From the human T2T-CHM13v2.0 reference genome, Homo sapiens, in assembly GCF_009914755.1 (NCBI RefSeq), contig NC_060928.1: DNA of 64,000 bases; one strand, written 5' to 3'. Below, piece by piece: positions 14,609 to 29,523 of this stretch. Within the stretch, counting starts at the first letter, position 1, and each line of letters begins with the position of its first letter. The notes below the pieces were generated by a model. It saw only the letters and a program-made list of their open reading frames with translations. It did not search any database and was not told the DNA's origin. The position numbers were made by a program, and so were the translations under genes.

Positions 14609-15931
14609 CAGCCTTTTTAATATCAAGGCCAAGAATACACTATTAGACTTTGTATACTTAAAATATCTAAAATTGCTTCCCTGTCTAGCTTATTTCTTTG
14701 TTGTCTTGTGTCTTCTTCATATAGTGTCCTATATTCAGCTTTCTTTGTATTGGTCTATTCCATAAATATTTATGAAGGCCTTACAGTGTGTCAGACCATG
14801 GTGAGTTCCGGGAAACAAAGATATATACTATCAATCTCCACCTAGTAGTCAGGAAAACAGGTAATTTCAGTGCATGTTAAAGGTTTTTTGGCTTATTGCG
14901 CCTGAGCCATTTGAATTGTAAGTTGCCTCCAGTCACTTTTAGAAATAAGCATAGTTCGTAGGTACATATTGCACATTTGGATATGTTACTAAATTGCCTG
15001 GACAGATCTCTCTTAATCAAACTTTATATAAATGTGCTGTGAAATAAGTGAAACAGCTATTATTCCTGTATTTTCACTCTCCTTTGGTTTGAAATTCCAC
15101 AGGCAAAAAGAGCATTTCTATTCAACATAAGCATCTCTGTACCTAAAATATATAACTGAGATAAAAAATAATCATAATACAAATAAGTATAAATAAGCTT
15201 TCAATACAGTAGACAAAATGGAAAAATAGATTTTTGGGCAGATGAGAGAGATTTTCTTGAGTTCGATAAAATAATACAACTATTAATTATTCTCTCACAA
15301 ACATACAATACTTCTCAGAATACTAAATGAAGCTAAAATGTATTAATGATTTAGCGTTAAAATAGATTCAGCCTCCAAGTTATGAGCCATTATTTATTTT
15401 TATTTTACCCACATGCACTTATTGATTATTGTCTGACATCACAATATAATAAGAGAAATAAGTATTATTTAGGTATTAATAACAAGTGTAGGCATAAAAG
15501 GAAACTTCAATAATTTTAATTCATTGCACATTTTTTTTTCAAGTGCTTATCCTGTTCTAAATGTCTTGCCCAGTGGGAGTGTTTGGTTAATCAGTGGCTA
15601 GGCAACAGGATATTTTGTAGACTTGGTCCAAGCTCTCTAAACTTCTGAACTAACTCCTACAATTCACATCTTTGGGTTTTTAGTTTCTCAAGCACAGAAC
15701 AGAGTTAACAACCCACTTTTAAATTAGCTTATGCAAATGGAGAGTATTTGAGCCCTGGCAATCAGAATTTACATATCAGTGGTATGTAGGGTTCTCTTTA
15801 AATTAGTGTAGGGCAATGCTCCTACCTGCCGGAGAACAGAGGAGAAAGCTTTTGAGTGAAATCTGATAAAAGAACAAAAAAAGGTAATAAGAATCTCAAA
15901 GTCAAAGCTACAGATATATACTGGAAATTAG

Positions 15932-16377
<446 letters not shown>

Positions 16378-16579
16378 TAAAATTTCATCCACCTGCTTTC
16401 TTACCACTATCTGTGTAGGTTTGTGTGTGTGCACTGTGTGCATGTGTATGTGACAGAGAGAGAGGGAGACAGAGGATAAAATTGATTTGAAAAAAATTGC
16501 TGAGTAGCACATGCTTTTAAACTTACAACATTCCTATACTTTAATTTCAGTGGCCATACTGAATTAAACTGTATCTCTG

Positions 16580-17117
16580 TGTAAGTGAAGAAAAACTTTT
16601 CTCTGTCCCCTTAGGTTATGGAGCTGGGGACTGTGAATTAAACTGAGGGAAAACAGATTGACGGAAGTTTACTTCACACACAGGGGTTTCCCAGAAAAGA
16701 AGCAAAAACCCCAAAGAGGGAGTTAGACCCAGGGGCTTAAATACCTTTTTAACAAAGAGTAATAAAGTATGGAGAAGATATTAGACAAAGGAAAAGGAAG
16801 TTTGGACTGTAGCAGGTAAATTGACCAGGAAATGTATGATAAACAAGGATTGTTTAGTAAAGTTTGTCCCTCTGGTAGTAAGAGCTGTCTCATTTTCTTC
16901 TTCTTGGTATGGGAGAGAACACCTTTACCCATGTAAATTTCCTTTACGAATATTAATTTATCTTACAAAAGTGAAATTTATGCCCAGCTTTTAGGCAGAA
17001 AAGAGGAAAGCAGAGAGAGCTCCTTCTGTGTTTGCTGGTTTCTTAATTGCCTTCAGCTCAAAATAATCCTTATGCCAAAGTGGAATATTTGGGGATGGCA
17101 TATTTTGATCCCCTTCA
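16580..17117 (-). mobile_element. ERV1 solo LTR (MER34/MER39-like)
   Basis: Ends tcagctcaaaataatccttatgccaaagtgg...gatccccttca, the reverse of the MER34/39-type start; TG...CA termini. Confidence 0.7.
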
Positions 17118-17319
17118 TATACTTTAGAATATTATTAAAGGTTCATTAAGATAAATTTCTTCCAATTTGTATAGACATATTTTAATTTTACCTTATTATA
17201 TACCTTAGCTGTTTATCTCCCACCTAAAAGATAGCAGAAATGTTTCTCTTTGTGAGTGCAAATAACACATGAGGCTCTTTAGAAAATAAAGCCAGAATTG
17301 TATTCATTCTACTTCTGTT

Positions 17320-18440
17320 TCAGTAAATATTAAATGAATGCATACTATGCTCTCAGAGCTGTTCTAGATGCTGAGAACACAGCAGCCAGATGGGGATAAG
17401 TAACAGACAAAATAGCCTGCCCTCATGGGAAGGCATTTTAGTGGGAGTGTTGCAGGAAAGGGGTTCCAATCCAGACCCCGAGAGGGATCTTGGATCTCAG
17501 GGCGAGTCTGTAAAGTGAAAACAAGTTTATTAGGAAAGTAAAGGAATGAGAGAATGGCTAATCCATAGACAAAGCAGCCCTGAAGGCTGTTGGTTGCCCA
17601 TTTTTATGGTTATTTTTTGATTATATGCTAAACAAGGGGTGGATTATTCATGCCTCCCCTTTTTAGACCATATAGGGTAACTTCCTGATGTTGCCATGGC
17701 ATCTGTAAACTATCACTGCGCTGGTGGGAGTGAAGCAGTGAGGACAACCAGAGGTCACTCTTGTGGCTAGCTTGGTTTTGCTAGGATTTAGCCGGCTTCT
17801 TTACTACAACCTGTTTTATCAGCAAGGTCTTTATGACCTGTATCTTGTGCTGTCCTCTTATCTCATCCTGTGACTTAGAATGCCTTAGTCATCTGGGAAT
17901 GCAGCCCAGTAGGTCTCAGCCTTATTTGTCCAGCTCCTATTCAAGATGGATTTGCTCTGGTTCACACGCCTCTGACAGGAGCAGAGAGAGAATAGAAGTA
18001 CGAAAATATTGTTAAAAATATGCCATACCTATATTTTTATGTGCAGTGGAGAAAAACAAGGTGGGGAAGAAAGAATGGGATTGTTGATCTATTGGGAGTT
18101 TGCAAATATAAAGAATATAGTCAGAGGAGATCTCAGTGAAAAAGTGACTTCTGAGCAATGGCATATCTAGGGAAAGAACACTGGCAGAAGGAACAAGGAG
18201 TACAAAAGGCTGTGAGACAGGAGTTTGAGGAACAGCAAGGAGATCTGGTGCCACTAAGGCAGAATGAGCCGGGGGAGAGCAGCAGGGAGGGAGCAGAGTC
18301 ATGGAGGTGGGAGGTGTTAGGGCAGAGTAAGGACTTTGGACCTGCAGAAAATGAGAGGGCTTTGAACATAGCAGAAACATGATTTGACTTCACTGTTTCA
18401 AAAGAGTCACTCTCCCTGCACTATGGACAACAATTTGCAG
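17320..18440 (-). mobile_element. L2 3' fragment split by MER41A
   Basis: gcatactatg...tgttctagatgctgagaacacagc...ctgccctcatgg before the LTR; aaaagagtcactctccctgc after it. Confidence 0.7.
17448..17977 (-). mobile_element. MER41A-type ERV1 solo LTR
   Basis: Reverse strand starts TGTCAGAGGCGTGTGAACCAGAGC...CATCTTGAATAGG; 530 bp; perfect 4-bp TSD GGAG at 17444-17447 and 17978-17981. Confidence 0.9.
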
Positions 18441-19956
18441 TAGGGAAGGGCCTTTCTGACTTGAAATTAAAGGTGTGGCCAAATACCTACTAAAGCTGGA
18501 CTCAACAAACACAGATGCTTTGCTTACTGGGCCAGAAGATAATATGAAAAAGTAAAGATAAATGATTAAAGCAGCTGGATGTAAAATGATAAAAGGCAAT
18601 AGGTACTTAACCCCGGTGACAAGGATTTGAAGGAGTTATTGAGGTTGTGTCAAGTTCAATGGTGGGTGCCCACTTTGGAGGGGTAGATGTTGCTCACCTC
18701 CAGTTTTTACAGTGTGTTAACACAGGCCCTTCTTTTTAAAAGAAGATTAGACTCTGAATTTTTATAAGTCCCCTGAGTTTTAGACATATGGACACTAATT
18801 TGTATTTTAGACTCTCTTCAGCACAAGAATGTCTGGGCCAATTAAAGCATGTCTAAGTGTGGAATTTACCAGAAAGCCTTCAGTTTGCATTTTCTAATCT
18901 ACAGCAAGATAAAGCCAGTAGTTTCAACACTGGTAAACAAATCAGAGGTAAGATAAAAGATGATGGGAGAGAGATCAGTCTCTAAATTATTTTTTTTCAG
19001 GTGAAAAGTTTATAAAATTTTCTTCTTAGAAATATTTAGTCATAATTCAATAATGATTATGGCCTAAATTAAGGCAATGTTTGCCTTAATGATTTTTAAT
19101 GTGCTATCAGTTTAAAATGATTCTTCACAGAAATACACATTAGAATACTTCATCCTTAAATAGCAGGAACACTCATACAAACATATAATCTAAAACAAAT
19201 TTCCTTTATGAACCTATAATAGATGGATGGTTCAGTTGTTTTTATTACAAATACATCATTGATTCACAGACCTCAGGCACCAGGAATTGCTGGAATCCAT
19301 AGACTCACTATGTAGTTTTAGTAAAAATAAAGCAGTAAAAGTCTATAACCCATTTATTATCAATGTGTACCCTCTAAATAAATGGGCATTTTAATGATGG
19401 CACTGCCTATTCCAGTGGATAGAGCTGCCTTACAGTGGCATTTATAAGTCATTACTAATGTAAAATTGTACAGCAGGCTGACTGCCTTTCACTCTTTAAT
19501 GCTAAAGTGCTTTAGGTCTCCAGAGTTGCAATTAATAAGAGCACTCAAACACTAACCTTAGGAATTCCTCACAGGGTGTGCACTCTTTAGTGAGAAAGTA
19601 TATACTTTGGCTATTTTGCTCTGAATCATTGATCAGGGTTTCAGTGTTTTTTTTTTTCTTGGTTGTTTGGTTTTGTTTGTTTGTTTGTTTACAAAGTATA
19701 TTAGAGAACTATGGCCCCAGCAGTTTTCATAAGAAGGGAATATAGGTTGCCTGGATAAGTATATTTACAAAACAACTCCATCGAGGTCATGTGGATCTTT
19801 ACCTTCAAAATCCATTGTGCAACTTACAGCAACCTTGATATCGGGCTTGTGAAATGATTTCAAAAGTGTCTCCAGTTTTGAGAGTGTAAGAATACATATT
19901 CTGCATTTTAGTAGCTCTACTGAGTTAGTTCAAAATTTGAGATACTTCTCTGTGAA

Positions 19957-20054
19957 ATTCCTACATATATATATATGTAGGAATCATATATATATGTATA
20001 TATATATATATACATATGTAGGAATCATATATATATATATATATATATATGATT
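19957..20054. repeat. (TA)n-rich palindromic repeat cluster
   Basis: Three perfect palindromes built on TA runs (see findings). Confidence 0.9.
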
Positions 20055-20427
20055 TACACTGTGTCTTATCACAGTATCCTGAATTTTCTGGCTACAAAAA
20101 TCTTAGGGTAGTCTACTTGAATGAAGGTTGACAGAATTGTACTTTTAAATAGTTCTTCTTATGTGTTCCTGGGATCCTTTCTTCCTTGGACTTTTCTAGT
20201 CTGCATTGGATGCTCATTTTAGTGGCCAAATAAGAAAATATGGCACTTTAAAATAGATATTTAGCTATTTGGTAATCCTCTAATCCATAATATTGCTTTC
20301 GGTTCCCACTGTCTTTTACCAATACTAGAGACCAGAGATAAAATAGATCTCTTTCTCTTTTTAGAGATCGCTCTCTCTCTACCACTTTTTATCTATCTAG
20401 ATCTCTTTCTTTTTAAATATCTGTTCA

Positions 20428-20545
20428 TTGATCTGTCTATATAACATCTATCATCTATCCATCTATCTATCAATCAATCATCTATCTGTCTGTCTGTCTG
20501 CCTGCCTGCCTGCCTGTCTATGTGTCTATTTATCTATCTATCTCT
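20428..20545. repeat. Compound (TCTA)n/(TCTG)n/(CCTG)n tetranucleotide repeat
   Basis: Read directly. Confidence 0.9.
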
Positions 20546-20759
20546 TTCACTATATCTGGCTATCTAGATTTACTGCCTTTAAAATTGCTCCAGGAACATC
20601 ATCGTTATTCAAGTTTTTTCTGCAAAATCTCTTAAAATTCCTCCATGGGACCATTTTATTTTTAAAATGAATCTTATTAAGCCCTGGCAAAAACAGCATC
20701 ATTTTCTAGGCCACAAAGAACATATCTGACATATAAAAATCTCTTTTAAGGTTTCATTG

Positions 20760-20935
20760 GGCAGATGACTTAAACTTCCTAAGTCGTTTTTTTCCTCATT
20801 GGTAAATAGGGGATCATAATACTTCAGTTATCATAAATATTAAAACAAAACACTGTATGCAAAATAGTAATTATAATAAGGATTAATGAGAATAATGCTT
20901 AGCACAGGTACTGGTGTAGAATAAGTGCTTTGCCA
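20760..20935 (+). mobile_element. MIR remnant
   Basis: tgacttaaacttcctaagtc..ttcctcattggtaaatagggatcataatac...gcttagcacagg. Confidence 0.55.
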
Positions 20936-23651
20936 TATTGCAGGATGATAATTATCATGTATTTTTCTATTTAAAGAAGAAATGAGACAGTTTATAGAAT
21001 AAATTTAATACTGTGTTTAGCCCATAATAAGCACCTGGCAATGGTAGCAGCTTAATTCTCATCATCATCACGACCACCACCCAAACCATTGACATCTTCT
21101 TACTACATAAAATGTCAACTTTTATTCTCTGAATAATAAACAAAATCTGCTTGTAGAGAAATAACTCAGTGGATATGAATTGTTTTTAAATTCCATTTAA
21201 TTTTTGTGGATGATTTGAATATCTTCTGTCAGTTGCCATTCCTTTGCCAGTCTAAGCTGCTTTTGTTTATGGCCTGACTAGATACTTAAATAAAAATTAG
21301 AAAATGAAAAAGTTTAAAAATAAAAGCTTGGACTGCACCCATCGTGGCATTTTAGTATGATTAGCCTGAATTTGGCTCTTCCTTGTGCACTAATAGTCAG
21401 TGCGTCTGACACATTGGCAGTAGGTTTTTCCAGCACAAATGTTCATGCTTTGTAATATTTTGTACTTAGCTTGTGGACATATTTGTTATGTGTTACTTTT
21501 TTTTCTGGCATGCCACAAGGGGATGAAAGTGTGACTCAAAATGTAGAGAACAAGAAAAGCATGAGCGAAATATTTGTGTCTCTCTTCTCTATTTGCTTAT
21601 GTCCATACTAGTAAATATAATATACTTGCCTAAAGAAGAAATAATGGGGTACTTAGGCAAAACCATAATCATTTTTTTTTAATTCTCGTGTTATATATGT
21701 TTTATCAAATAAAAAATTAACTGAGAAGAAATAAACTATGATGCTCTGTGTGATCGTCACTCCCAGAACATACTGTTTATTTATTCATGACTATTCCCTT
21801 TACATGACATTCTCTTCTTTCTCTTTGATCCTTAACCATCCCCCACATATTCACATGAAAAAGTACTAATCCTTCAAGATTAAGCTTCAAGACTCATTCC
21901 TTCTTTAAAAAGGCTTCCCTATGCCTTACTCCTTTTCTGACCAGAGAGCATTAAAGAGACCCCTCTTTGCTTCCATTGTCTAACCTCCATACTTCTATTA
22001 TGGCACTTAGCCTATTATATTGTCACTACTTATTTGCCTCGAAACACAAGAGAAACTAGGGGAACTGCTGAGTATGCCTTTATTGTTGTTTTAAACCATA
22101 ATGATTAGCTTGTAATATGCAATAAAAAACTGGTTCATAAGATAATGCATGTTGAGTATAATGGTTAATAAGGTATCTTTTATGCACCTAGAAGTCACCT
22201 GAAATATAACAGCATTTCCTTTCCACTTCAAAGTAGAAATTGTAAAAAAGAATGGTAATCTGAGTATATTTGACCTTTAAGTCACCAGGAGAATCTAAAT
22301 TTCCAAAGTACAAATTAATGAGTCTTGAAATTGTTCTATGATAATTGGGTTTGTCTTGTGGGAAATGGTGGGACAATCTGAGCACCTGTAGTAACTATGG
22401 GGGATACCTGCCTTTGGAGGTCATTAAGTTAGCAGGGATGGAGAAACACAGTCCTACTACATCTGCCCAACATCCAAATCCCATTGAATTTGTGGGGTTT
22501 TTATTTATTTTTTTTTTTGCCTTCCTTTAAAGAAATGGAGAATAATTTACTCCCTTTATAACAACTTACGGAGGTCTATTATCTCCATGCAACTGACTCA
22601 ATATGGCTTCTCCGTCTACTTAAGGCCTGCTCTATATAGATTTCCCTATTTATGTCAATAAACCAGTGGGAAAGAGATAAACCTATCAGTTCTCCAATCA
22701 TAGATTTGTTTTCATTTTACTAAAATATAGATTCTCTGATTTGTTTAAGGTTGTAGCTATTTTCTTTCAGGTGAAAGGTCATGGTAACGGGTCGCTAATA
22801 ACTTGAAAAAGATATATAGATATTGGTAAAAGATATAGTGTCATATAAATAAATTAACAAGTATCTTTTATTTAACATTGTCTCAAGGTGCCTAAGGAGG
22901 ATGAATGTGCATTATTAATAAGGTTGATCAGTAGTTACACTGCAAAATCTTATATCAGATTTATTTGCCATTCAGAGAAAATTAATTCTGCCCTTCTAGA
23001 TTCAGTTCTATTAGGATGCAATGCTTCATGTTTAATACCTTATTTGGTAGAAGATAGAAGAGGAGGTAATTCTGCTTATCTTGCATTATTTAACAATGCC
23101 ATTTTAAAGTAATTTTGGAAGAATGGATTCCATACCCAATCTTCTGGTTTAAGACAATTGTTGAGAAAGTAATGTATATGTTGGAAAATGATAGACATTT
23201 TATTGATCAAGATTTAATTGCTTCAAACTACATCTCCTTTATAATCTCATTTAACTCCAGGTACACTAGAATCTTTATGTTTCCTGACAAAGCTTCTCTG
23301 TTTCCTGACCAAAGCTTCCAGGAAGAAAAATAAGACATTTCTGGCTTTTTTAAAACAAATGATTCAGGGGGCTGGGGAAGAGGAGTGACAAAAATGTCTT
23401 TAGGGTATTTGACTGACTTTAGGTGAAATTTTAGAAGATCTTAAATATCTAGCCTTATGCTAAGTGAATATTGGTTAAATCTTTATAGAGAAAACAAATA
23501 TTTTCTGCACATGTTTCTATTAGGAAACACACTAACAGTTGTTCAATTTCTACCTCATAGAAATTTGTAATTTATAACCTATAAATCTCATAAAAATGTA
23601 TCATATAAACATGAATTATTATATCAATTCTCAATAAGGTTGACTTTAGAA

Positions 23652-23792
23652 TTATTATTATTATTATTATTTTGGGAGGGATGAGTCCTCACTATGTTGC
23701 CCAAGCTTGTCTCAAACTTCAAGCCTTAAGCAATCGTACCACCTCAGCCTCCTAAGTACCTGGGATTACAGGCATGCACCACCATGCTCAGC
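23652..23792 (-). mobile_element. Alu monomer (FLAM-like) with an (ATT)n tail
   Basis: Single arm: ctcactatgttgcccaagc...caccatgctcagct. Confidence 0.8.
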
Positions 23793-24712
23793 TAAAATTA
23801 TTTTTAGCTGGAAGATCCCTTTAGGAATTCACATATCTATATCTATATCTATATGTGCATGCATAATTTTGAGATATTGAGGGTTTGGTTCTGGACCACT
23901 GTGGTAAATATTGCAATAAAGCAAGAATAAAGCAAGTTTCATGAATTTTTTGACTTCTCAATGCATATAAAATTTATGTTTACACTATTCTGTAGCCTAT
24001 TAGGTGTGCAGTAGCATTATATTTATAAAAACAGTATACATACCTTAATTAAATTACTTTAAATTGCCAAAGATCCTCTGAGCCTTTAGTGAGTTGTAAT
24101 CTTTTGGATGGTGGAGGATCTTTCCCTGATGCTGATGGCTTCTGATTAATCAGGGTGGTGGTGAAGGCTGGAACGGCTGTGGCAATTTCTTAAAATAAGA
24201 CAACAGTGAAGTTTGTTATATGGATTGACTCTCCCTTTCACACAATATTTCTTTGTAGTATGCAAGGTTATTTGACAGCATGTGACCCACAGAAGAACTT
24301 CTTTCAAAATTGAAGTCAGTCCTCTAAAACTCTGCTGCTACCTTATCAACTAAGTTTATGCAATGTTCTAAATCCTTCGTTGTCATTTCCACAATGCTCC
24401 CAGAATGTTCACCCGGAGTAGATTCCATCTCAAGAAACTACTTTGCTCATCCCCAAGAAGCAACTCCTCTTCTGTTCAAGTTTGATCATGAGATTGCAGC
24501 AGCTCAGTCACATCTTCAGGCTCCACTTCTAATTCCAGCTCTCTTGCTATTCGAACCACAAATGCAGTTATATCCTCCGCCAAAGTCTTGAACCCCTCAA
24601 AATCACCCATGAGGGTTGAAATACACTTTTTCTAAGCTCCTGTTTATTTTGATCTTCTTCAGTCAATCATGAATGTTCTTAATGGCATTAAGAATGGTAA
24701 ATCCTCAATCCT

Positions 24713-24817
24713 TGCTTGAACCTAGCAGTTCACAGCTGCAATGAGCTATGATTGCACCATTGCACTCCAGCCTGGATGACAGAGCAAGACCCTGTCTCAA
24801 AAAAAAAAAAAAAAAAA
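24713..24817 (+). mobile_element. 5'-truncated AluJ/FRAM 3' end inside Tigger1
   Basis: tgcttgaacc...gcactccagcctgg...ctgtctc followed by a poly-A run. Confidence 0.85.
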
Positions 24818-25580
24818 GGTGATTCATTAAATCATGAATTATTCTTTCCAGAAGACTTGCAATCTACTTACCCAGAATCATCAGAGGATTCACTATTTAT
24901 GGCAGCTATAGAGAGTGTTATATGTATATAACACTAAAATCTTATAAAATGTATTTTTAAAATAATAACACTTGAAAGTTGAAATTACTCGATCTATAGA
25001 CTGGAGTATGTTGTGTTAGCAGGCATGAAAACAACATTAATGTCCTTGAACATCTCCATCGGAGCTCCTGGGTGACAGAATGCATTGTAAATAAGCAGTA
25101 ATATTTTGTAAGGAGTCTTTTTTTTCTCTGAGAAGTAGGTCTCAACAATTTGCCTAAAATATTCAGTAAACCATACCATAAACAGATGTGCTGTCATTCA
25201 GGCACTGTTCTATTTAGACAGCACAGGCAGAGTAGATTTAGCATAATTCTTAAGGGCCTTAGGATTTTCAGAGTGGTAAATAAGTATTGGCTCAACTTAA
25301 AGTCACCAGCTGCATTAGCCTTTTACAAGAAAGTCAGCCCGTCCTTTGAAGTTTGAAGCCAGGCATTGACTATTCTCAGCTAGGAAAGTCCTAGATGGCA
25401 TCCTTTTCCCAAGGGAAGGCTGTTTCATCTGCATTGGAAATCTGTCGTTTAGTGTAGCCACATTCAACAAGTATCTTAGATAACTGTTCTGGGTAACTTG
25501 CTGCAGCTTCTGCATTAGCACTTGCTATTTCACCTCACACTTTCATGCTATGGAGATTACTTCTTTTTTAAAACCTCATG

Positions 25581-25886
25581 GGCCAGGCACGGTGGCTCAC
25601 GCCTGTAATCCCAGCACTTTGGGAGGTCGAGGCGGGCAGATCACAAGGTCAAGAAATTGAGACCACCCTGGCCAACATGGTGAAATCCCGTCTCTACTAA
25701 GAACACAAAAATTAGCTGGGCGTGGTGGTGCGCGCCTGTGATCCCAGCTACTCGAGAGGCTGAGGCAGGAGAATCGATTGAACTGGGGGAGGCGCAGATT
25801 GCAGTGAGCCGAGATGGCACCATTGGACTCCAGCCTGGTGACAGAGCGAGACTGTCTCAAATAAATAAATAAATAAATAAAAATAC
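25581..25886 (+). mobile_element. AluSc-like inside Tigger1
   Basis: gatcacaaggtcaaga diagnostic; (TAAA)n tail; TSD aacctcatg at 25572-25580 and 25887-25895. Confidence 0.95.
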
Positions 25887-26052
25887 AACCTCATGAACCA
25901 ACTTCTGCTAGCTTCTAACTTTTCTTCTGCAGCTTCCTCACCTCTCTCAGCCTTTATAGAATTGAAAAGAGTAAGAGCTTTGCAATGGATTAGGCTTTGG
26001 CTTAAGGGAATATTATGGCTGTTTTGACTTTTTTTTTTATCCAGACCGTTGA

Positions 26053-26426
<374 letters not shown>

Positions 26427-27389
26427 ATTTTGCTTTCTTACCATTCATATGTGACTGGAATATCCTTCAAGAAAATTTCCTTTACATTCACAACTTGACT
26501 GCTCTTTGACATAGAAGGCCTAGCTTTTGGCCTTTCTCAGCTTTTGATATGCCTTCCTCACTAAACCTAATCATTCCTAGCTTTAGTTAAAAGTGAGAGA
26601 TGTGCCACTCTTCCTTTCAATTAAATACCTAGAGGCCATTGTAGATTATTAATTGGCCTAATTTCAGTAATTGTTTTGTCTCTGGGAATAGGGAGGCCCA
26701 AAGAGAGGAAGAGAGGAGATGGGAAAATGGTCAGCTGGTAGAGCGGTTGGAGCACACACATTTATTGATAAAGTTTGTTGCCTTTTATGGACATGGTTCC
26801 TGACACCCTAAAACAATCACAATAGTAACATCAAAGATTAATGATTACAGATCACCATACAGATGTGATAATAATGAAAAATGAAAAAGTTTGAAATATT
26901 GCAAGAATGACCAAAATGTGACAGAGACAGGTAGTGAGCACATGCCATTGGAAAAATGGCACCAATAGACTTGCTGAATGCAGGATTGCTACACACCTTC
27001 AATTTGTAAAAAACACAGTATCTGGGAAGTGCAATGAAGCAAAGCAGAATAAAACAAGGTATGCCAGTGTATGTATATACACACACATACACTGACATAA
27101 TGTTTGTTCTTTTCATATCATCTATTGTATGATTTTACTAAAAAACTCAGGCTCGCCTTCTTGAAAATGTATATATTATTAATGAGATGACCCTAAGTTT
27201 ATATTAATGTTTTGAAGGAGACTTGAAATTCATATTTAATGACATATTATTTTGGCATAATTGATGATGATGTGGGAAATAAGTCTTGTATAACTGACAA
27301 AAATTGGAACTTAAATAGAAGACAAACTCAGTGAGACTTGGATATATCAGCTTATGCATGGGATCTCTTCAATATACTTGGATTTGGGC

Positions 27390-27690
<301 letters not shown>

Positions 27691-27924
27691 GGATTTAGGC
27701 ATCTATTATATAGATTAGCAATGCTACTACTAAAATGATCCTTTTCCACCCTAATTTTCTTGGGTTTTCATAGATTACTAAACTGGAAATCTATGAAATA
27801 TACCAAGTTTTTCTTGGAATATATGATTTCCAATTTACAGTTGTGAAAGAGAAAAGTCTAAAATTATAATCGATTCAAGGAAAGGTGGGTAAGGGGATTT
27901 GCCCCAGAACATTGAACTATAGGA

Positions 27925-28320
27925 GTTTATTAGTTTGCTAGAGCCACCTTAACAAAGAACCGTAAACTGGGTGCCTTAAAAATAGAAGTTTATTATCTCA
28001 CAGTTCTGTAATCTAGAAATCCAGGATCAATATGTTTGCAGGGTTGGTTTCTGCTCAGGGCTATGAAGACAAGATTTGTTTCAGGCGTCTCCCCTTCGCT
28101 TGTAGTTGGCTGTCATTTCTCTGTGTGTGTCTGTGTCGAGATTTTCCCATCTTATAAAGACATGAGTTCTGTTGGATTAGGGCCCACCCTAATGATCTCA
28201 CTTTAACTTAATCACTTCTGTAAAGACCCTATCTTCCAATAAGGTCTTGTTCTTAAGTACTGGGGGTTGGGACTTCAATATAGAAACTTGGAGGGAGTGG
28301 GTACAATTCAACACATAACA
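27925..28320 (-). mobile_element. MaLR solo LTR (MLT1A/B-like)
   Basis: attagtttgctagagc...tttattatctcacagttctg...ggattagggcccaccctaatga...aattcaacacataaca. Confidence 0.85.
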
Positions 28321-29160
28321 GGAGGGAAAGGTTGAATTTAAAAGAATGATCTGGAAAATTTTTTTCCTCTGGCAGGTTTGTACTTGCAATTTTAAGATAT
28401 TTTTAAAATATCAACCTTTTCGTGGTATCTGTGGTATGTATGGGAGGAGACTAACAAAATTAATTTTGGCATAAACTGAATACTTTTAGTGTATCTGATG
28501 AAGATAAAAATATATAATAAATAAAGCTAAGAGCTATATATAATGGAATGTTGGTAGTTTGCAGGAAATTTATCCTTATAAATAATATTTTTGAATAATA
28601 GATTTAGTATAAAATTTGTACACATTTACTATTTTTAGAATATGCTTATGTAGTTTTATTGCTCCTTTTGACTGTTATTATTACTTAAAGTTTTCTTTTT
28701 TGAAGGAAATCTAATCTATTTTCTCAACAAAAATATAACATCCTAACTTATATAACGTAGAATTACCCATATTGTCTCATCAATTACCCATTCATCTTGG
28801 ACTCCAAGCTTTAAGAACATTATTAATCGTTTACTTTACTTCCCATGTTGTATGATAAGGAAGTGGATTTCTAAAGCAGGGAAAGGATTTGCCAAATGCT
28901 ATGCAATTAGTAGAAAATGCAGGGCAAGAACCTAAATGTTACAGAAAAAAAATTCAACAATTTTACAATTTTAAAGGACCTTTGAGTTCATCAGCTCTGT
29001 AATTTTCCAGATGAGAGAACTAAGACTCAGAAAAGTTAAATAATTTGTCAGTCATACAGTTAGCTCACTGGTAGAGTAATTTCCAAAGTGCAGGCTTAAC
29101 TGCTGCACTAACTTCTAAATCAGATCAATCAAGATCATTGTCAAGGGATGTTTTAGTAGC

Positions 29161-29523
29161 TGCTAAGTTCTGAATGTTTGTGTCCACCACCCTCCCCAAT
29201 TTTATATGTTGAAAACTAATGACCAATATGATATCAGGAGGTGGGGCCTTTGGAAGGTGATAAGATCACGAAGGCAGAGCCCTGATAAGTTGGATTAGTG
29301 TCCTTATAAAAAAGGCCTCAGAGAGCTGACTTGCCCCTTTACCACGTGAGGTCACAGCTAGAAGATGCCGTCTATGAGGAAGGGGTCCTCACTAGACACC
29401 ATATCTGTCAACACCTTGTTCTTGGACCTCCCAGCCTCCAGAACGATGAGAAGTACATGTCTGCAGTTTGTGAGTCACCCAGTTTATGGTATTTTGTTTT
29501 AGTAGCCCAAAGAGACTAGGACA
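29161..29523 (+). mobile_element. MaLR solo LTR (MSTC/D or MLT1A-like)
   Basis: tgctaagttctgaatgtttgtgtcc...ggaggtggggcctttgg...ccagcctccagaac...gactaggaca. Confidence 0.85.

Noticed and set aside
19068-19090. 10-bp perfect hairpins (here and at 51341-51370) as miRNA or terminator elements
   Set aside because: Stems are too short for a pre-miRNA and a few are expected in 64 kb of AT-rich DNA.
22771-22783. Possible 13-nt microexon (ttctttcAG|gtgaaaggtcatg|GTAACG)
   Set aside because: Weak donor, frame-shifting length and no supporting evidence in the sequence.
23278-23318. Short tandem duplications (here, about 33728-33755, about 62842-62871)
   Set aside because: Ordinary slippage events of 11-21 bp with no further structure.
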